Virus record (IMG/VR): IMGVR_UViG_3300013119_001061
Length of the DNA stretch: 64,000 bases
Direction: 5' to 3' (one strand)
From: a virus
Shown: piece by piece, positions 10,581-20,635 of the stretch
How positions within the stretch are numbered: position 1 is the stretch's first letter
Layout: each line of letters starts with the position of its first letter
The notes under the pieces: generated by a model
Told to the model about the DNA's origin: nothing
Seen by the model: the letters and a program-made list of their open reading frames with translations, nothing else
Databases searched by the model: none
Program-made: the position numbers and the translations under genes

Positions 10581-10958
10581 GTGACATATACAGACAGATT
10601 AGACTGTATCTTCCATTTGCAAGAAGCATTTATGAAGGATCTGTCTGATAAAAAAGAAAAGCTGCCAGAATGGCCCGTAGATCCAAGCGATAAAAAAGCC
10701 CAGCAGTTCATCAGGGATATCATTCATCGAGGCACAGAGGAATCGTATGAAGCTCTGGCGCACCTTAAGAACTGGAAGCCTCACAAACACACTGAAACTA
10801 AAGAGTTCAATAGGGCCGAGTTCCTAGAGGAAATGGTAGATGACTTTACCTATAAGCTCGAGGCTCTGATTCTAATGGGATATGACCCGCAAGAGTTCTT
10901 CGATGCGTTCTGCGACAAGAACCGAAAGAATTTAGATAGGGTAAACGGCGATTATTGA
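10581..10958 (+). CDS. All-alpha NTP pyrophosphatase (dUTPase/dCTPase/MazG-like)
   Basis: EExxE..WKPH..EEMVD..KNxxNxxR pattern; GTG at 10581 is the probable start. Confidence 0.7.
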   Translation: MTYTDRLDCIFHLQEAFMKDLSDKKEKLPEWPVDPSDKKAQQFIRDIIHRGTEESYEALAHLKNWKPHKHTETKEFNRAEFLEEMVDDFTYKLEALILMGYDPQEFFDAFCDKNRKNLDRVNGDY

Positions 10959-10968
10959 TCTGATCTCG

Positions 10969-10975
10969 ATATTTA
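10969..10975 (+). promoter_or_regulatory. ATATTTA putative late-promoter motif (first of 13 copies noted)
   Basis: Copies at 10969, 15075, 24971, 27762, 34464, 36829, 38725, 39886, 42037, 46656, 50889, 57390 and 60027, each just upstream of a start codon. Confidence 0.65.
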
Positions 10976-10991
10976 ATAATGTGAGATTATA

Positions 10992-12671
10992 ATGCCGCTT
11001 ACTAAAATACACACTGATGACATATTGTCAGGCTCTATATCCGCAGGATCAATTGGGCCTGACATAGTCACAGGACAATCTGCTTCTACTAGCGCTGATG
11101 ACAATGATCTAATTTTAATATATGATGATACTACATCTGCATTACGCAAGATGACACGCGCCAATTTCACATCAGGCCTAGGCGGATCTTTAGACGTAGC
11201 TTATAATGCTGGAAGCGTTATAACAGCTGATACAGGGCCAGTCGAAATACAAGATACCAGCAATACAAATGCTGTAACAACCCTTTTGAAATTAGCGGTC
11301 TCCGGCTCAGTCACAGGAGGCGGCGCCGCCGGCCCCGAGATACAGTTTACAATACCGGTTAGCGGCGGCTCAAAAATAGGATCTGCAATAAGAGGTGTTA
11401 AGTTTGCTTCAAGCACATCTGACTCAACTGGAGAAATGCAATTTCTTTGCTCAGACAATGATGAGACGCTCGATCTAAGATTGAAAATGGATGGGACTGG
11501 GATAGCCGTTCAGGGTGCAGGGTCAACTCTAGCATATCCTAGTAGCGGCGACTCTTTTATTGTGGCATCCTCTGGGAATGACTATTCGATAGCAGTAACA
11601 AATTCAAATGGCAATGTAGGCATTGGCAATAGAAGTGCTGCAGAGTTGTTAGAGGTAGAAGACGGTACCGGCGCCACTACAATTCAGATTAACAATACTG
11701 CTACTAGCGGTGATCCACAATTAGCTTTTGCTCTTAGTGGAACTAAGAAGTTCACAATGGGTGTTGATGACTCTGATTCTGACAAGTTTAAAATTGGAAC
11801 AACAGCAGTTGCTACAAGCACAAGGTTGACAATAGATTCCTCTGGTAATGTCGGTATAGGTGAAACAAGTCCATCATATAATCTTCATATATCTTCTACG
11901 GGTGATGCCGCGCTCTATCTTGAAGCAGATACAAACAATACACCTGAAGATGATAATGCATTTATAAAATTATCCCAGGACAATACAGCAGTTCAATCAA
12001 TCATAGGGTTGTGCGGAGCAACAAATAAGGATCCGGAGAACGTTACATACACGGGTGTCGTTAATAATAACATGCTTATTGGTACAACAACAAACTATGG
12101 TTTGCAGCTAGGTACAAACGATAACGTTAGAATGACGATTGAAAATTCGGGATACGTTGGAATAGGGGACACTTCCCCGTCATATCCCCTGTCTTTGTCA
12201 AATAGCAACTCCGCCGGTTATGTTGCGCAGTTTTATAACAGCTATAACGGCAGCGCCGGCGGACTATGGGTCAAAGCAGGTAATACATCATCAACAGGCT
12301 CTCCTCATCCACTCATAGTGCAGTCTTACAGTGGCACAAATCAATTCTACGTGCGTCAGGATGGCAAATACTATCACAGAGGATCGTCGGTGTCAACGGC
12401 AGACAGCAAGCGAGATATTATAGCATTGTCAGAAAATGCTGTTAATATGCTGAAGAATATCCGAGTAGTTACATACAACTACATAGAAGACACAAATGAC
12501 AGAGTTGCAAGAATTGGATTTATTGCAGATGACACTGACAACCAGCTGGCAATTGATAGTCGACTTACCGACGGCGGAACAGGGTTTGATGTCCAAACAA
12601 TTGTAGGAACATTAATAAAAGCAATTCAAGAACTAAATCAAAGAATCGAAACTTTAGAAAGCGGGAGCTAA
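10992..12671 (+). CDS. Tail fibre/spike protein with C-terminal peptidase S74-type intramolecular chaperone
   Basis: Repeated GNVGIG..P..L units; C-terminal K.DI..L..YNY..IGFIA..LIKAIQEL..RIETLE. Confidence 0.8.
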   Translation: MPLTKIHTDDILSGSISAGSIGPDIVTGQSASTSADDNDLILIYDDTTSALRKMTRANFTSGLGGSLDVAYNAGSVITADTGPVEIQDTSNTNAVTTLLKLAVSGSVTGGGAAGPEIQFTIPVSGGSKIGSAIRGVKFASSTSDSTGEMQFLCSDNDETLDLRLKMDGTGIAVQGAGSTLAYPSSGDSFIVASSGNDYSIAVTNSNGNVGIGNRSAAELLEVEDGTGATTIQINNTATSGDPQLAFALSGTKKFTMGVDDSDSDKFKIGTTAVATSTRLTIDSSGNVGIGETSPSYNLHISSTGDAALYLEADTNNTPEDDNAFIKLSQDNTAVQSIIGLCGATNKDPENVTYTGVVNNNMLIGTTTNYGLQLGTNDNVRMTIENSGYVGIGDTSPSYPLSLSNSNSAGYVAQFYNSYNGSAGGLWVKAGNTSSTGSPHPLIVQSYSGTNQFYVRQDGKYYHRGSSVSTADSKRDIIALSENAVNMLKNIRVVTYNYIEDTNDRVARIGFIADDTDNQLAIDSRLTDGGTGFDVQTIVGTLIKAIQELNQRIETLESGS

Positions 12672-12673
12672 TA

Positions 12674-14092
12674 ATGGGAACAACAGGAATACGCGGAACA
12701 CAAATCAAAGATGAGACAGTCGAGTCAGTTGATATAGCATCAGGCTCAATCAAAATGGGTGAACTCAGCACTGATATCATAACAAGTCAGACAGCTGAAA
12801 CGTCTGTAGCTGACGGCGATCTAGTCTTGATTTATGATACATCAGCGTCAGCATTTAGAAAGATGACAAAGTCGAATTTCACGTCCGGAGTTACTGCAGA
12901 TCCTGCGGGTTCTGACGGCCAGATTCAATATAATAACGGAGGATCCGCAGGGGGTGCTTCAGGGCTGTATTACGACGACGTCAATAATCGACTAGGCGTA
13001 GGGACCTCATCACCCGCAGCATTGCTCCACATAACCTCCTCTGCAGACGGAGATGTGCTATTTCGTGCAACGCCATATAACCAGTCAAATGATGGTCTTG
13101 TTGTAACTGATAGAGACGGTGCAACATATGTCACCCTTAACAAAGCAGGACAATCAACATATCCGCTTGACGTAAACGGAAATATAAGAGGCATAGCATT
13201 TATTTCCACCGTTGATAGCACGAGTTACGGATTCAGGGTCGGACAATCCCAACACACTCTATACGGAGTAGCAGAAGGAAACACAGATCAAGGAGCTGTC
13301 TTCCTGATGAAGAATAACGGGGGCTTAGTTATCAGCGGCAGTGATACATCTAGCCCTCTCCGCGTCCAATCACCAAGCAGTTCAAATATTTTAGTAGCAT
13401 CAGGTTCTGGCAAGGTGGGAATAGGAACTGACTCCCCTGATAGAGCCCTTGATATTCTTGACGCATCAAATCCCCAGCTTCGATTAACACATACAGACAA
13501 TACTGAGTATACAGATTTTCAAACTGACTCTTCTGGAAACCTAGCAATCGGATCGTCGGGTGATACTGTAGAGATCCAATATGGGGGATCGACTGCTGCG
13601 CTAGACATATTCAGTAAATCAACTGACGTTTATATTCGAGGAAAACAACAAGATATTGATGTTAACTTTCAAGTTAACGACGGCGGATCAACAACGACAG
13701 TTTTAAATCTTGATGCTGCAAATTCTATGGCAAATATAGCTAAGTTCTTGTCATACCAGTCAGTGACATACGATTTAGGCTCCGGAACAACATCAACAAT
13801 TACTCCTACTGCCTCATGCCATTTATTGACTGCTACAACCATAACGGGTGATATGGGAGTGCATACAATTACATTAGCAAATGGAACTGTATCAGGTCAA
13901 GTTTTGCAATTAATTATGAATTCAACTACTAATAGCATAAACATTCAATTTGATGCAACAACGAATATCCAGGGAACGTGGTCGGGCGGAATAGGAATTC
14001 CAGCAGATGCAATCGGAGCTGCCCTGACGTTTATCTGGAATGGGTCATCATGGACGCTAATGAATAGCAACGGCTTAACAATGGCATCATAA
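12674..14092 (+). CDS. Tail fibre-like structural protein
   Basis: GSDGQIQYN, RLGVGT/KVGIGT repeats; N-terminal module shared with 10992. Confidence 0.7.
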   Translation: MGTTGIRGTQIKDETVESVDIASGSIKMGELSTDIITSQTAETSVADGDLVLIYDTSASAFRKMTKSNFTSGVTADPAGSDGQIQYNNGGSAGGASGLYYDDVNNRLGVGTSSPAALLHITSSADGDVLFRATPYNQSNDGLVVTDRDGATYVTLNKAGQSTYPLDVNGNIRGIAFISTVDSTSYGFRVGQSQHTLYGVAEGNTDQGAVFLMKNNGGLVISGSDTSSPLRVQSPSSSNILVASGSGKVGIGTDSPDRALDILDASNPQLRLTHTDNTEYTDFQTDSSGNLAIGSSGDTVEIQYGGSTAALDIFSKSTDVYIRGKQQDIDVNFQVNDGGSTTTVLNLDAANSMANIAKFLSYQSVTYDLGSGTTSTITPTASCHLLTATTITGDMGVHTITLANGTVSGQVLQLIMNSTTNSINIQFDATTNIQGTWSGGIGIPADAIGAALTFIWNGSSWTLMNSNGLTMAS

Positions 14093-14123
14093 ACATTTTT
14101 TAGACACATAATATAATCTTTAT

Positions 14124-15089
14124 ATGATAGACAAACTAAACCTACAGCGGCTCTTCGAGGTCCAGAATGAATTTTCTGAACTGTTCAATAAAAGAAATGA
14201 CCTAACCATAGGAGAAAGAGAAAAGCTCACACAGGAGTTCTCTCTGGCACTTCACAGTGAAATCTCGTCACTAATCAGCGAGATCAATTTCAAGAGTCAC
14301 TCCCGAGACAAGAAGCAGGTTGTTGAAAACAGCATTCTATTTGAAGGTGTTGATATCTTCCGCTATCTTCTGGCAATCTTAAATCTATGGGGGTTCTCGG
14401 CCGAGGACTTTGCACAAGCATTTGACGATAAAGAGAACTACCTCCAAGTCAAGTATGTCAAGAATGCTCAAAAGTGGGAAGGTCAACCTGTAATTCTGGT
14501 TGATGCTGATGATGTTATTGTAGAGTTCAGAAAAGGATACAGTGATTATCTCAATTCACATGAAGGAATTACTGTTGATCCTGCCTCATCGGAATACTAC
14601 TTTACCAGTGGTATTCCAAAAGAGTTGTATAATCCTGAGCAGCTATTCCAGGATTTTATTGACCAGCGCCGCCTAAAAAACCTCGAGGCTACAACATCAA
14701 CAATTGAGGCTTTAAATGAACTATATGATCAAGGTTACTGGATTCAGATTCTAACTGCACGACCTTCCGCCAACAAGACATGTCAATATGACACCTACAG
14801 CTGGCTCGAGAATAGCGGACTCAAGTTTCACAAAGTTGACTTCTCGCCTGAAAAAATGATCTGGGCAGCTCACAGCCCATACTACGATGAAGGAAAGATT
14901 GTCTGTGCAATTGACGATTCAGCCAAACATGCAATGGAATATGCAAAGCACGGAATCAAGGTTGCAGCACCAGTTCAGCCCTATAATGGTGAGCTAGAAG
15001 GCGTTGACAATATTGTCATGTTCAAAACAGGTGAAGAATTAAGAGAAGTAGTGAAACAATTCTCTCATTCACGAATATTTAGTATATGA
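14124..15089 (+). CDS. Fusion of an all-alpha dUTPase-like domain and a HAD 5'(3')-deoxyribonucleotidase-like domain
   Basis: N-half SEISSL..FEGVDIFRYL; C-half VDADDV, LTARP, IDDS. Confidence 0.7.
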   Translation: MIDKLNLQRLFEVQNEFSELFNKRNDLTIGEREKLTQEFSLALHSEISSLISEINFKSHSRDKKQVVENSILFEGVDIFRYLLAILNLWGFSAEDFAQAFDDKENYLQVKYVKNAQKWEGQPVILVDADDVIVEFRKGYSDYLNSHEGITVDPASSEYYFTSGIPKELYNPEQLFQDFIDQRRLKNLEATTSTIEALNELYDQGYWIQILTARPSANKTCQYDTYSWLENSGLKFHKVDFSPEKMIWAAHSPYYDEGKIVCAIDDSAKHAMEYAKHGIKVAAPVQPYNGELEGVDNIVMFKTGEELREVVKQFSHSRIFSI

Positions 15090-15766
15090 TCAAAATTACA
15101 GTAAAAGAGTTACGAAGCTTAATCAGGGAATCTATGATGGATTTAAATCCTGATCTAAAACCAGATTGCGATACTTTTGCAGTCTTTGACTTTGATGAAA
15201 CACTTGCTTTGACAAATTCAAGCGTTCTCGTTAAAAACAAAGAAGGCAAGACAATCAAGGAATTGTCTCCCGCAGAATATGCAATTTACAAAGAAGAGCC
15301 AGGTGAGGTATTCGACTTTAGTGAGTTTGATATTGTTAAAGATGGTCGTCCTACTCCTCTTATGAATATTTTGAGAGACGTTGCATCATGCGGCACTACA
15401 GCTGCTGCAATCCTTACAGCCCGAGGTCCCGCAGCGAAAGGTCCTATTAGAGACTTTCTTAAGACAATGGGCATAAAGCTGCAGATTATCGATACTGTAA
15501 ATACATCAAATCCTCAAGCTAAGGCTGACAAGATTCGAGGATATGTAACGTCATTTACACCACGAGTTCTTCACTTTTTTGAGGATTCACCCAAAAATAT
15601 CGAAGCAGTTCGGCAGTTAGCAAAGAAAAATCCTGCAATGTCAAATGTTCAAATTGTGCTCCATCACATTGTTGATCCCGAGGGCGACATGAAGATCAAT
15701 ATTGAAGAGGTCGAGAACGAAGGAATGGAAGCAGTGACTGCCATAATTGATTCAAACCACGTTTGA
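15086..15766 (+). CDS. HAD-superfamily phosphatase with N-terminal leader (putative virion protein)
   Basis: FDFDETL, LTAR, FFEDS motifs; MIKITVKELRSLIRE leader. Confidence 0.7.
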   Translation: MIKITVKELRSLIRESMMDLNPDLKPDCDTFAVFDFDETLALTNSSVLVKNKEGKTIKELSPAEYAIYKEEPGEVFDFSEFDIVKDGRPTPLMNILRDVASCGTTAAAILTARGPAAKGPIRDFLKTMGIKLQIIDTVNTSNPQAKADKIRGYVTSFTPRVLHFFEDSPKNIEAVRQLAKKNPAMSNVQIVLHHIVDPEGDMKINIEEVENEGMEAVTAIIDSNHV

Positions 15767-15820
15767 ACATTACCTCCTGATAGCATATAATCATTTATAA
15801 TAATTCATAAGGAGGCTACT

Positions 15821-16804
15821 TTGCCACAAAATCTAGACCTGACGCCTGTGACTCTTCCAATGCCATTACGATTTGGGGAGACTCCACAAACAGAATTCGT
15901 TAACGATCTTGACGCACTTAAAGTTGAGCTTGTTGATCATCCAACCGCAGAACAAATTAGAAACGTTGCATATCGATATGTTAAAGCAACCTGGGCAGAT
16001 TCACCTGAGGAAACAAACCCCTTGAATGCCACCCAGCGCGAGCTAAGTGAGACGCTTGAAGAAGTTCTCCAGTTTCGTGCTCTTCCCGCCGGAATGGAGG
16101 CTATGAGCTTCACATTCCTCGTCTCAGGTATTGATCTCCAGACTGTAACACATTTGATTCGTCATCGTGCAGGAACCTATGCAGCACAATGCACGGGCGA
16201 CCGCTGGCAGTCACATTCTCGGGTTTTGGTACCGGCTGCTGTACAAAACACCCCAGAGCTTTATGAGCGCTGGCAGAAGAATGTTCAAGAAAGCAAGCAG
16301 CTATATGCTGATATGATTGACACACGAAAGATTTCAATTATGGATGCACGTACAATCTTGCCCCGCGCCGTTGAGACCTTCTATTACGCCAGGTTCAATC
16401 TAAAAGATCTAATGGGCTTCATTCGTCAGCGGTGTGATAAGCAGATCCAGCCGGCTGCCGACAATATTATGGCAGCACAAATGGCCTTGGCAGTATGTAG
16501 GGTAATTCCTGAGGCAGCTATGTCTATCGGAACGCGTACTCTTACAGGCCCGGCAATGCATTATGTTCGAAACATGAGATCAGGAACCGGAACTAATCTT
16601 TATTGGCCTGATGCAGACACTGATGCCAAGATCGAATATCATCCTGAGGATACGATCTATCAGGCAGAACGTGACAACGTTAATGGAACTAATCCTCCGG
16701 CAAATGAGACAGGTGAGAATAGCAAGTTCCGTCAGCATTGGAATGGATTACTATCACAGATTCGTGATATTGAGACTGAGTACAAGGATAAGATGGGGCG
16801 ATAA
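15821..16804 (+). CDS. Divergent ThyX/Thy1-family flavoprotein (second paralog)
   Basis: THLIRHRAGTYAAQC (RHRx7C), DARTILP, NLKDLMGFIRQR; AAGGAGG RBS; TTGAAC-N17-TATAAT at 15763. Confidence 0.75.
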   Translation: MPQNLDLTPVTLPMPLRFGETPQTEFVNDLDALKVELVDHPTAEQIRNVAYRYVKATWADSPEETNPLNATQRELSETLEEVLQFRALPAGMEAMSFTFLVSGIDLQTVTHLIRHRAGTYAAQCTGDRWQSHSRVLVPAAVQNTPELYERWQKNVQESKQLYADMIDTRKISIMDARTILPRAVETFYYARFNLKDLMGFIRQRCDKQIQPAADNIMAAQMALAVCRVIPEAAMSIGTRTLTGPAMHYVRNMRSGTGTNLYWPDADTDAKIEYHPEDTIYQAERDNVNGTNPPANETGENSKFRQHWNGLLSQIRDIETEYKDKMGR

Positions 16805-17076
16805 TGCCGTTCGCCAATAAAGATACACATCGAAGGCGAAAGCTAATATTTGATCTAATCGATGAGGGTTTGTCTACGGGTGAGGTAAATGATAAGCTCA
16901 AAGATCAGAACCATCATCCTTTAGACAAAAGTGAAGAAAGTGTCTGGTTCCAGTTTTTGCATCCGGTATCAAAGAGAGATGAGATAATCTATAGAGGCGT
17001 GGTTGCTGATGGGAAAGATCTTGCCTGGGTAGGAAGAACGCTTAAGCATAGACATAATAAGCAAACAATATCATGA
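16804..17076 (+). CDS. Hypothetical protein
   Basis: Start overlaps previous stop. Confidence 0.55.
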   Translation: MPFANKDTHRRRKLIFDLIDEGLSTGEVNDKLKDQNHHPLDKSEESVWFQFLHPVSKRDEIIYRGVVADGKDLAWVGRTLKHRHNKQTIS

Positions 17077-17291
17077 GTCTTGACGAAATTGATCTTCATG
17101 GTTTGAGTCATGATTACGCAAAAAAGGTTCTTATGAGTTGGGCAAAGAAACATCATGTCCCATTTCGAGTCATTACAGGAAATAGTAATACGATGGAAAA
17201 AATTGTTCGAGAAGCATTTGATAACAAAAAATACAGATGTGAATATGAGAGTTACCATAATTTAGGAGCATTAATTGTCACAAAACGATAA
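17073..17291 (+). CDS. Stand-alone Smr/MutS2 C-terminal domain protein
   Basis: IDLHGL, VITG, NLGALIV. Confidence 0.8.
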   Translation: MSLDEIDLHGLSHDYAKKVLMSWAKKHHVPFRVITGNSNTMEKIVREAFDNKKYRCEYESYHNLGALIVTKR

Positions 17292-17502
17292 TGATGACTA
17301 CGATGAAGAAGAGATAGTCGAGGAGATAATCTTTGATATATCTGCAGACGATGAAGAAGCGGCAGGAAAGATGATTATCTTGTCACTCTTTAAATCAATT
17401 CAAGATGAACAACGAAGAAGCCAGTTTTATTTTACACTTATACCCTTAGCATTTTCCTTCGGGTTGTTGCTGGGTTATTATATTTCATTCACGAATCTTT
17501 GA
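17275..17502 (+). CDS. Acidic protein with C-terminal transmembrane helix
   Basis: Acidic N-terminus, hydrophobic FYFTLIPLAFSFGLLLGYYISF. Confidence 0.55.
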   Translation: MSQNDNDDYDEEEIVEEIIFDISADDEEAAGKMIILSLFKSIQDEQRRSQFYFTLIPLAFSFGLLLGYYISFTNL

Positions 17503-17518
17503 AAGGATCAATACAAAA

Positions 17519-17956
17519 ATGAAGGTTTATATCGCATCACCGTTTTTCAACCCAAAGCAAGTTGAGCAAGTCGAGTTTATGAAGACTGCATTGTCTGAGA
17601 CCGGCCATGAGTATTTTAGCCCCAAGGACTTTTTTGTCCTCAAGCCTAATGCAACGCAAGAAGATCGAACACGAATCTTTGATGTCAATTGCGAGAAGAT
17701 CCAGTGGGCTGACTTTGTTCTTTGCAATACTGAGGCAAAAGATCTGGGAACGATTTGGGAAGCCGGATACGCATACGGAATCGATAAACCAGTAGCATTC
17801 TTTGCTGAGGGTTTGCCAGAGGGTAAATTTAACGTAATGCTTAGTGAGGGCGGAATGTCAGTCAACACGACCCGCGAAGGTCTTACTGAGTACTTACAAA
17901 AATGCACTGACACAAATGAGCTTGTCTTCGAGCAGTATTCAGGCAATACTCAATAG
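17519..17956 (+). CDS. Nucleoside 2-deoxyribosyltransferase family protein
   Basis: VYIASPFF, DLGTIWEAGYA, FNVML. Confidence 0.85.
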   Translation: MKVYIASPFFNPKQVEQVEFMKTALSETGHEYFSPKDFFVLKPNATQEDRTRIFDVNCEKIQWADFVLCNTEAKDLGTIWEAGYAYGIDKPVAFFAEGLPEGKFNVMLSEGGMSVNTTREGLTEYLQKCTDTNELVFEQYSGNTQ

Positions 17957-17958
17957 AG

Positions 17959-18090
17959 ATGAGAAAAATCATTTTATTCTTTGCAATGTCTTTGTTGATA
18001 TCGTGTGTTCACAAACAACACCCAGCTGATACGTTCTGGGCCAAGACACTTGATTGCGACCCAAACGAGGCAGCATGTGAAGAATTCTAG
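17959..18090 (+). CDS. Small lipoprotein (43 aa; not in the ORF track)
   Basis: MRKIILFFAMSLLIS-C lipobox; mature part has two further Cys. Confidence 0.6.
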   Translation: MRKIILFFAMSLLISCVHKQHPADTFWAKTLDCDPNEAACEEF

Positions 18091-18112
18091 CTTTAACTTA
18101 AAGGAGAAAACA

Positions 18113-18643
18113 ATGATTAAAGCACTATCAATCGCTGCAGTACTTCTATTGACTGCAAATACTGCACAAGCAGATGAACAACGAATCGGTTTTGTAGCAG
18201 GCTCAACTTATGGTGTAGGTCTAGCTTACTCTAAACAATACGAAAGCGGGCATGGCTGGCAAATCTCAGCATTACCAATTGTTGAAGACAACCTAGACTC
18301 AACAATCTTTTTGGGAGCTACTAAGTTTAAGACACTTAATTCCTCAAGCTGGGGAAGAGCATATTGGTCACTAGGAATCGCAACCCTATATCGCAGAGAT
18401 ACTGGGCTTTCATTCGAAGAAGTATGCGACGATAACGGATGTGAAGAAACAGAAGTCCAGGGCGAAAAAGAAGAATTTCTTTTGATGTCGTTTGGTCCAG
18501 GTGTTGGCCTCGAACGAAGATGGAAGCAGTTTGCAATATCTCTTGAGCTTCCACTTGCAATTCAGGTAGGTAGATCTAACAACCAGTTCGGTTTTGCTGG
18601 CATGAGACCAATCCCTAATTTCTCACTAATGTATTTCTGGTAG
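18113..18643 (+). CDS. Putative outer-membrane beta-barrel protein
   Basis: AAGGAG RBS before ATG 18113; signal peptide (..TAQA/DE); alternating amphipathic strands; C-terminal FSLMYFW. Confidence 0.65.
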   Translation: MIKALSIAAVLLLTANTAQADEQRIGFVAGSTYGVGLAYSKQYESGHGWQISALPIVEDNLDSTIFLGATKFKTLNSSSWGRAYWSLGIATLYRRDTGLSFEEVCDDNGCEETEVQGEKEEFLLMSFGPGVGLERRWKQFAISLELPLAIQVGRSNNQFGFAGMRPIPNFSLMYFW

Positions 18644-18649
18644 ACAATA

Positions 18650-19618
18650 ATGAGAATTGCAATTACAGGCGAAGCTGGGTTTATCGGTAGAAACTTACCT
18701 GTCTCCATTGAAGGTTTGGGGCATACATTTGTTCCACTTTTAAATCACGAGAAAATGGTTTGTCTTTCAACCGGTGAACCCTGCGTTCATCAAAATGATT
18801 CCGATCTTTGGGCAGAGGTCTTTGAAGAAGAAGATATCGATGTTGTCATTCATAACGCTGCTGTAGTCGGAACAGATGTAGTTGCGCTCAGCCCAAACGA
18901 AGCATCGCTTACAAACGTTTCTGGAACTCATGTGATTTGTCAGGCTGCAAAGAAAGCAGATGTTGCTGTATCATATATGGGCACAACGGTAATCTATGAC
19001 ACTGGTGCATATCAACATCAGCTTATACACGAGAACTCTGAGAGAATGCCAACCACGCTGTATGGCGCCCAAAAACTAGCATCAGAATATATTGTCATGT
19101 CTTCGAAGATTAAGTTTAATGTCATCCGCCCGCTTTTTGCTTACGGCGGAGTTGGTGATATGAACTCACTGATATCAAAGACTCTGTATGCTGTCAAAGC
19201 GGGAAGGGAAAATATTGATATGTTCCTCGACCCAAAGAAGATTAAAGACTACATGCACGTAACAGATTATTGTGATGCAGTAGCTTTATCAATCCATAGA
19301 GGTATGTGGGGGACTGACTACAACGTTTCCGCCGAGAATCCATATAATACGTGGGAGATTGCTAAGATGATATCAGATACAGCAGGAAAAGATCTGGAAA
19401 ATATCATTAACTGGCATCCCGAAACAGATTATCTGGGAAATCATAGACTTACGTCAGACAAGTTCAGAAATGAAACAAGTTGGAAACCTAAATTCGATCT
19501 TAAGGCAGGTATCGAATTATCGTGGGAGTCAATAAGCAAAGATGAGTCTGGGTATGACCCGCTGATTTATCTAGACGAAGCGTCTGAAAGAGGATTAGAT
19601 CTCACACAGTTTTATTAG
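18650..19618 (+). CDS. NAD-dependent epimerase/dehydratase (extended SDR)
   Basis: TGEAGFIG, HNAA, YGAQK (YxxxK). Confidence 0.85.
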   Translation: MRIAITGEAGFIGRNLPVSIEGLGHTFVPLLNHEKMVCLSTGEPCVHQNDSDLWAEVFEEEDIDVVIHNAAVVGTDVVALSPNEASLTNVSGTHVICQAAKKADVAVSYMGTTVIYDTGAYQHQLIHENSERMPTTLYGAQKLASEYIVMSSKIKFNVIRPLFAYGGVGDMNSLISKTLYAVKAGRENIDMFLDPKKIKDYMHVTDYCDAVALSIHRGMWGTDYNVSAENPYNTWEIAKMISDTAGKDLENIINWHPETDYLGNHRLTSDKFRNETSWKPKFDLKAGIELSWESISKDESGYDPLIYLDEASERGLDLTQFY

Positions 19619-19622
19619 CATT

Positions 19623-19651
19623 GTGTAAATTTAGCATTACTACGTTATAAT
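19623..19651 (+). promoter_or_regulatory. Sigma70-like promoter GTGTAA-N17-TATAAT
   Basis: Recurrent motif. Confidence 0.65.
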
Positions 19652-19672
19652 ATTTGTGTTAGGGGATTATCT

Positions 19673-19747
19673 TTGTCTTTAAAAAATGCGTTTCCTTTTG
19701 ATGAGCCTCGACAATCACAAATTGATGCCATTGCATTTGCAGTTTAA
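19673..19747 (+). pseudogene. Truncated duplicate of the helicase N-terminus (24 aa)
   Basis: MSLKNAFPFDEPRQSQIDAIAFAV* aligns with KKYFPFENPRDPQIQAINFAL of the 20652 protein; AGGGG RBS. Confidence 0.7.
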
Positions 19748-19808
19748 TTTCTAGATAGATTCTGCACTTAATAATACTTGCGTATAGAAGCCAGAACAGG
19801 GGATAGTC

Positions 19809-20635
19809 GTGGGAAGACCAAAGTGCAGAATAAAGAAAAAGTGTGTTATTTGTAATGAAGAGTTTGAAGTTGTTCCGTCTAGTAAAAAGAAGACATGTAA
19901 CAAGACATGCTCAAACAAGTTGGCATACAAAAACGGCCGAAAAGTCATTAGAAACAGAGAGTATAATTATGACAGATGGATCCGGCTTTATGGAAAAAAT
20001 GAGGCTGATCGTCGACAAGAAATTGCTTTGTCAAATATATCAAAAGGACTTTTGGCAAACCCAAGGGAAAAACAGCGAGCTAGCGCCCGAAAAACTATAG
20101 TAGAATGGAATAAAAAACAAAAGGAAAAACATTAGAAGAAATACACGGAGACAAGAAAGCAAAAGAGATTAAAAGAAAGCTGTCTAAAAGATCGTCCGGA
20201 AAGAATAATCCATCATATGGAAAAGTATATGAACAAGGAGGAAAGTCTGTTTCCGGGCGCTACAAAGGAAGATGGTTTAGAAGTATTCTTGAACTATCAT
20301 TTATGGTTCATTTAGAGAAAGAGATGGACCTAGACAACATAATGGGTGAAGTGTGGAAAGTCCCGTACAGGAATTCGTCAGGAGTCGATCGAACTTACAC
20401 ACCTGACTTTTATGATCCAGCCAGCTCTACTGTCTATGAGTGCAAAATGTCCTGGTGTACTAACAGCAAAGACAATCAAGAAAAGTTCAAGGCTGCAGAG
20501 GAATTCTTTGAAAAAAAGAATATAAAGTTTAGAGTTGTTACAGAAAATGACTTTCACAAGCTTTCGTTTAAAGAAGCTGAAAAGATGGAAAATGTAAATC
20601 TTAACAAAGGCTCGTTAAAATATTTTAGAAAATAA
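19809..20635 (+). mobile_element. Free-standing homing-endonuclease-like gene (Zn finger + NUMOD3-like + TnsA-like PD-(D/E)xK), frameshifted near 20110-20125
   Basis: The -1 frame continues KGKTLEEIHG..SGKNNPSYGK..FRSILELSFM into the 20303 ORF, which has YTPDF..YECK. Confidence 0.72.
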
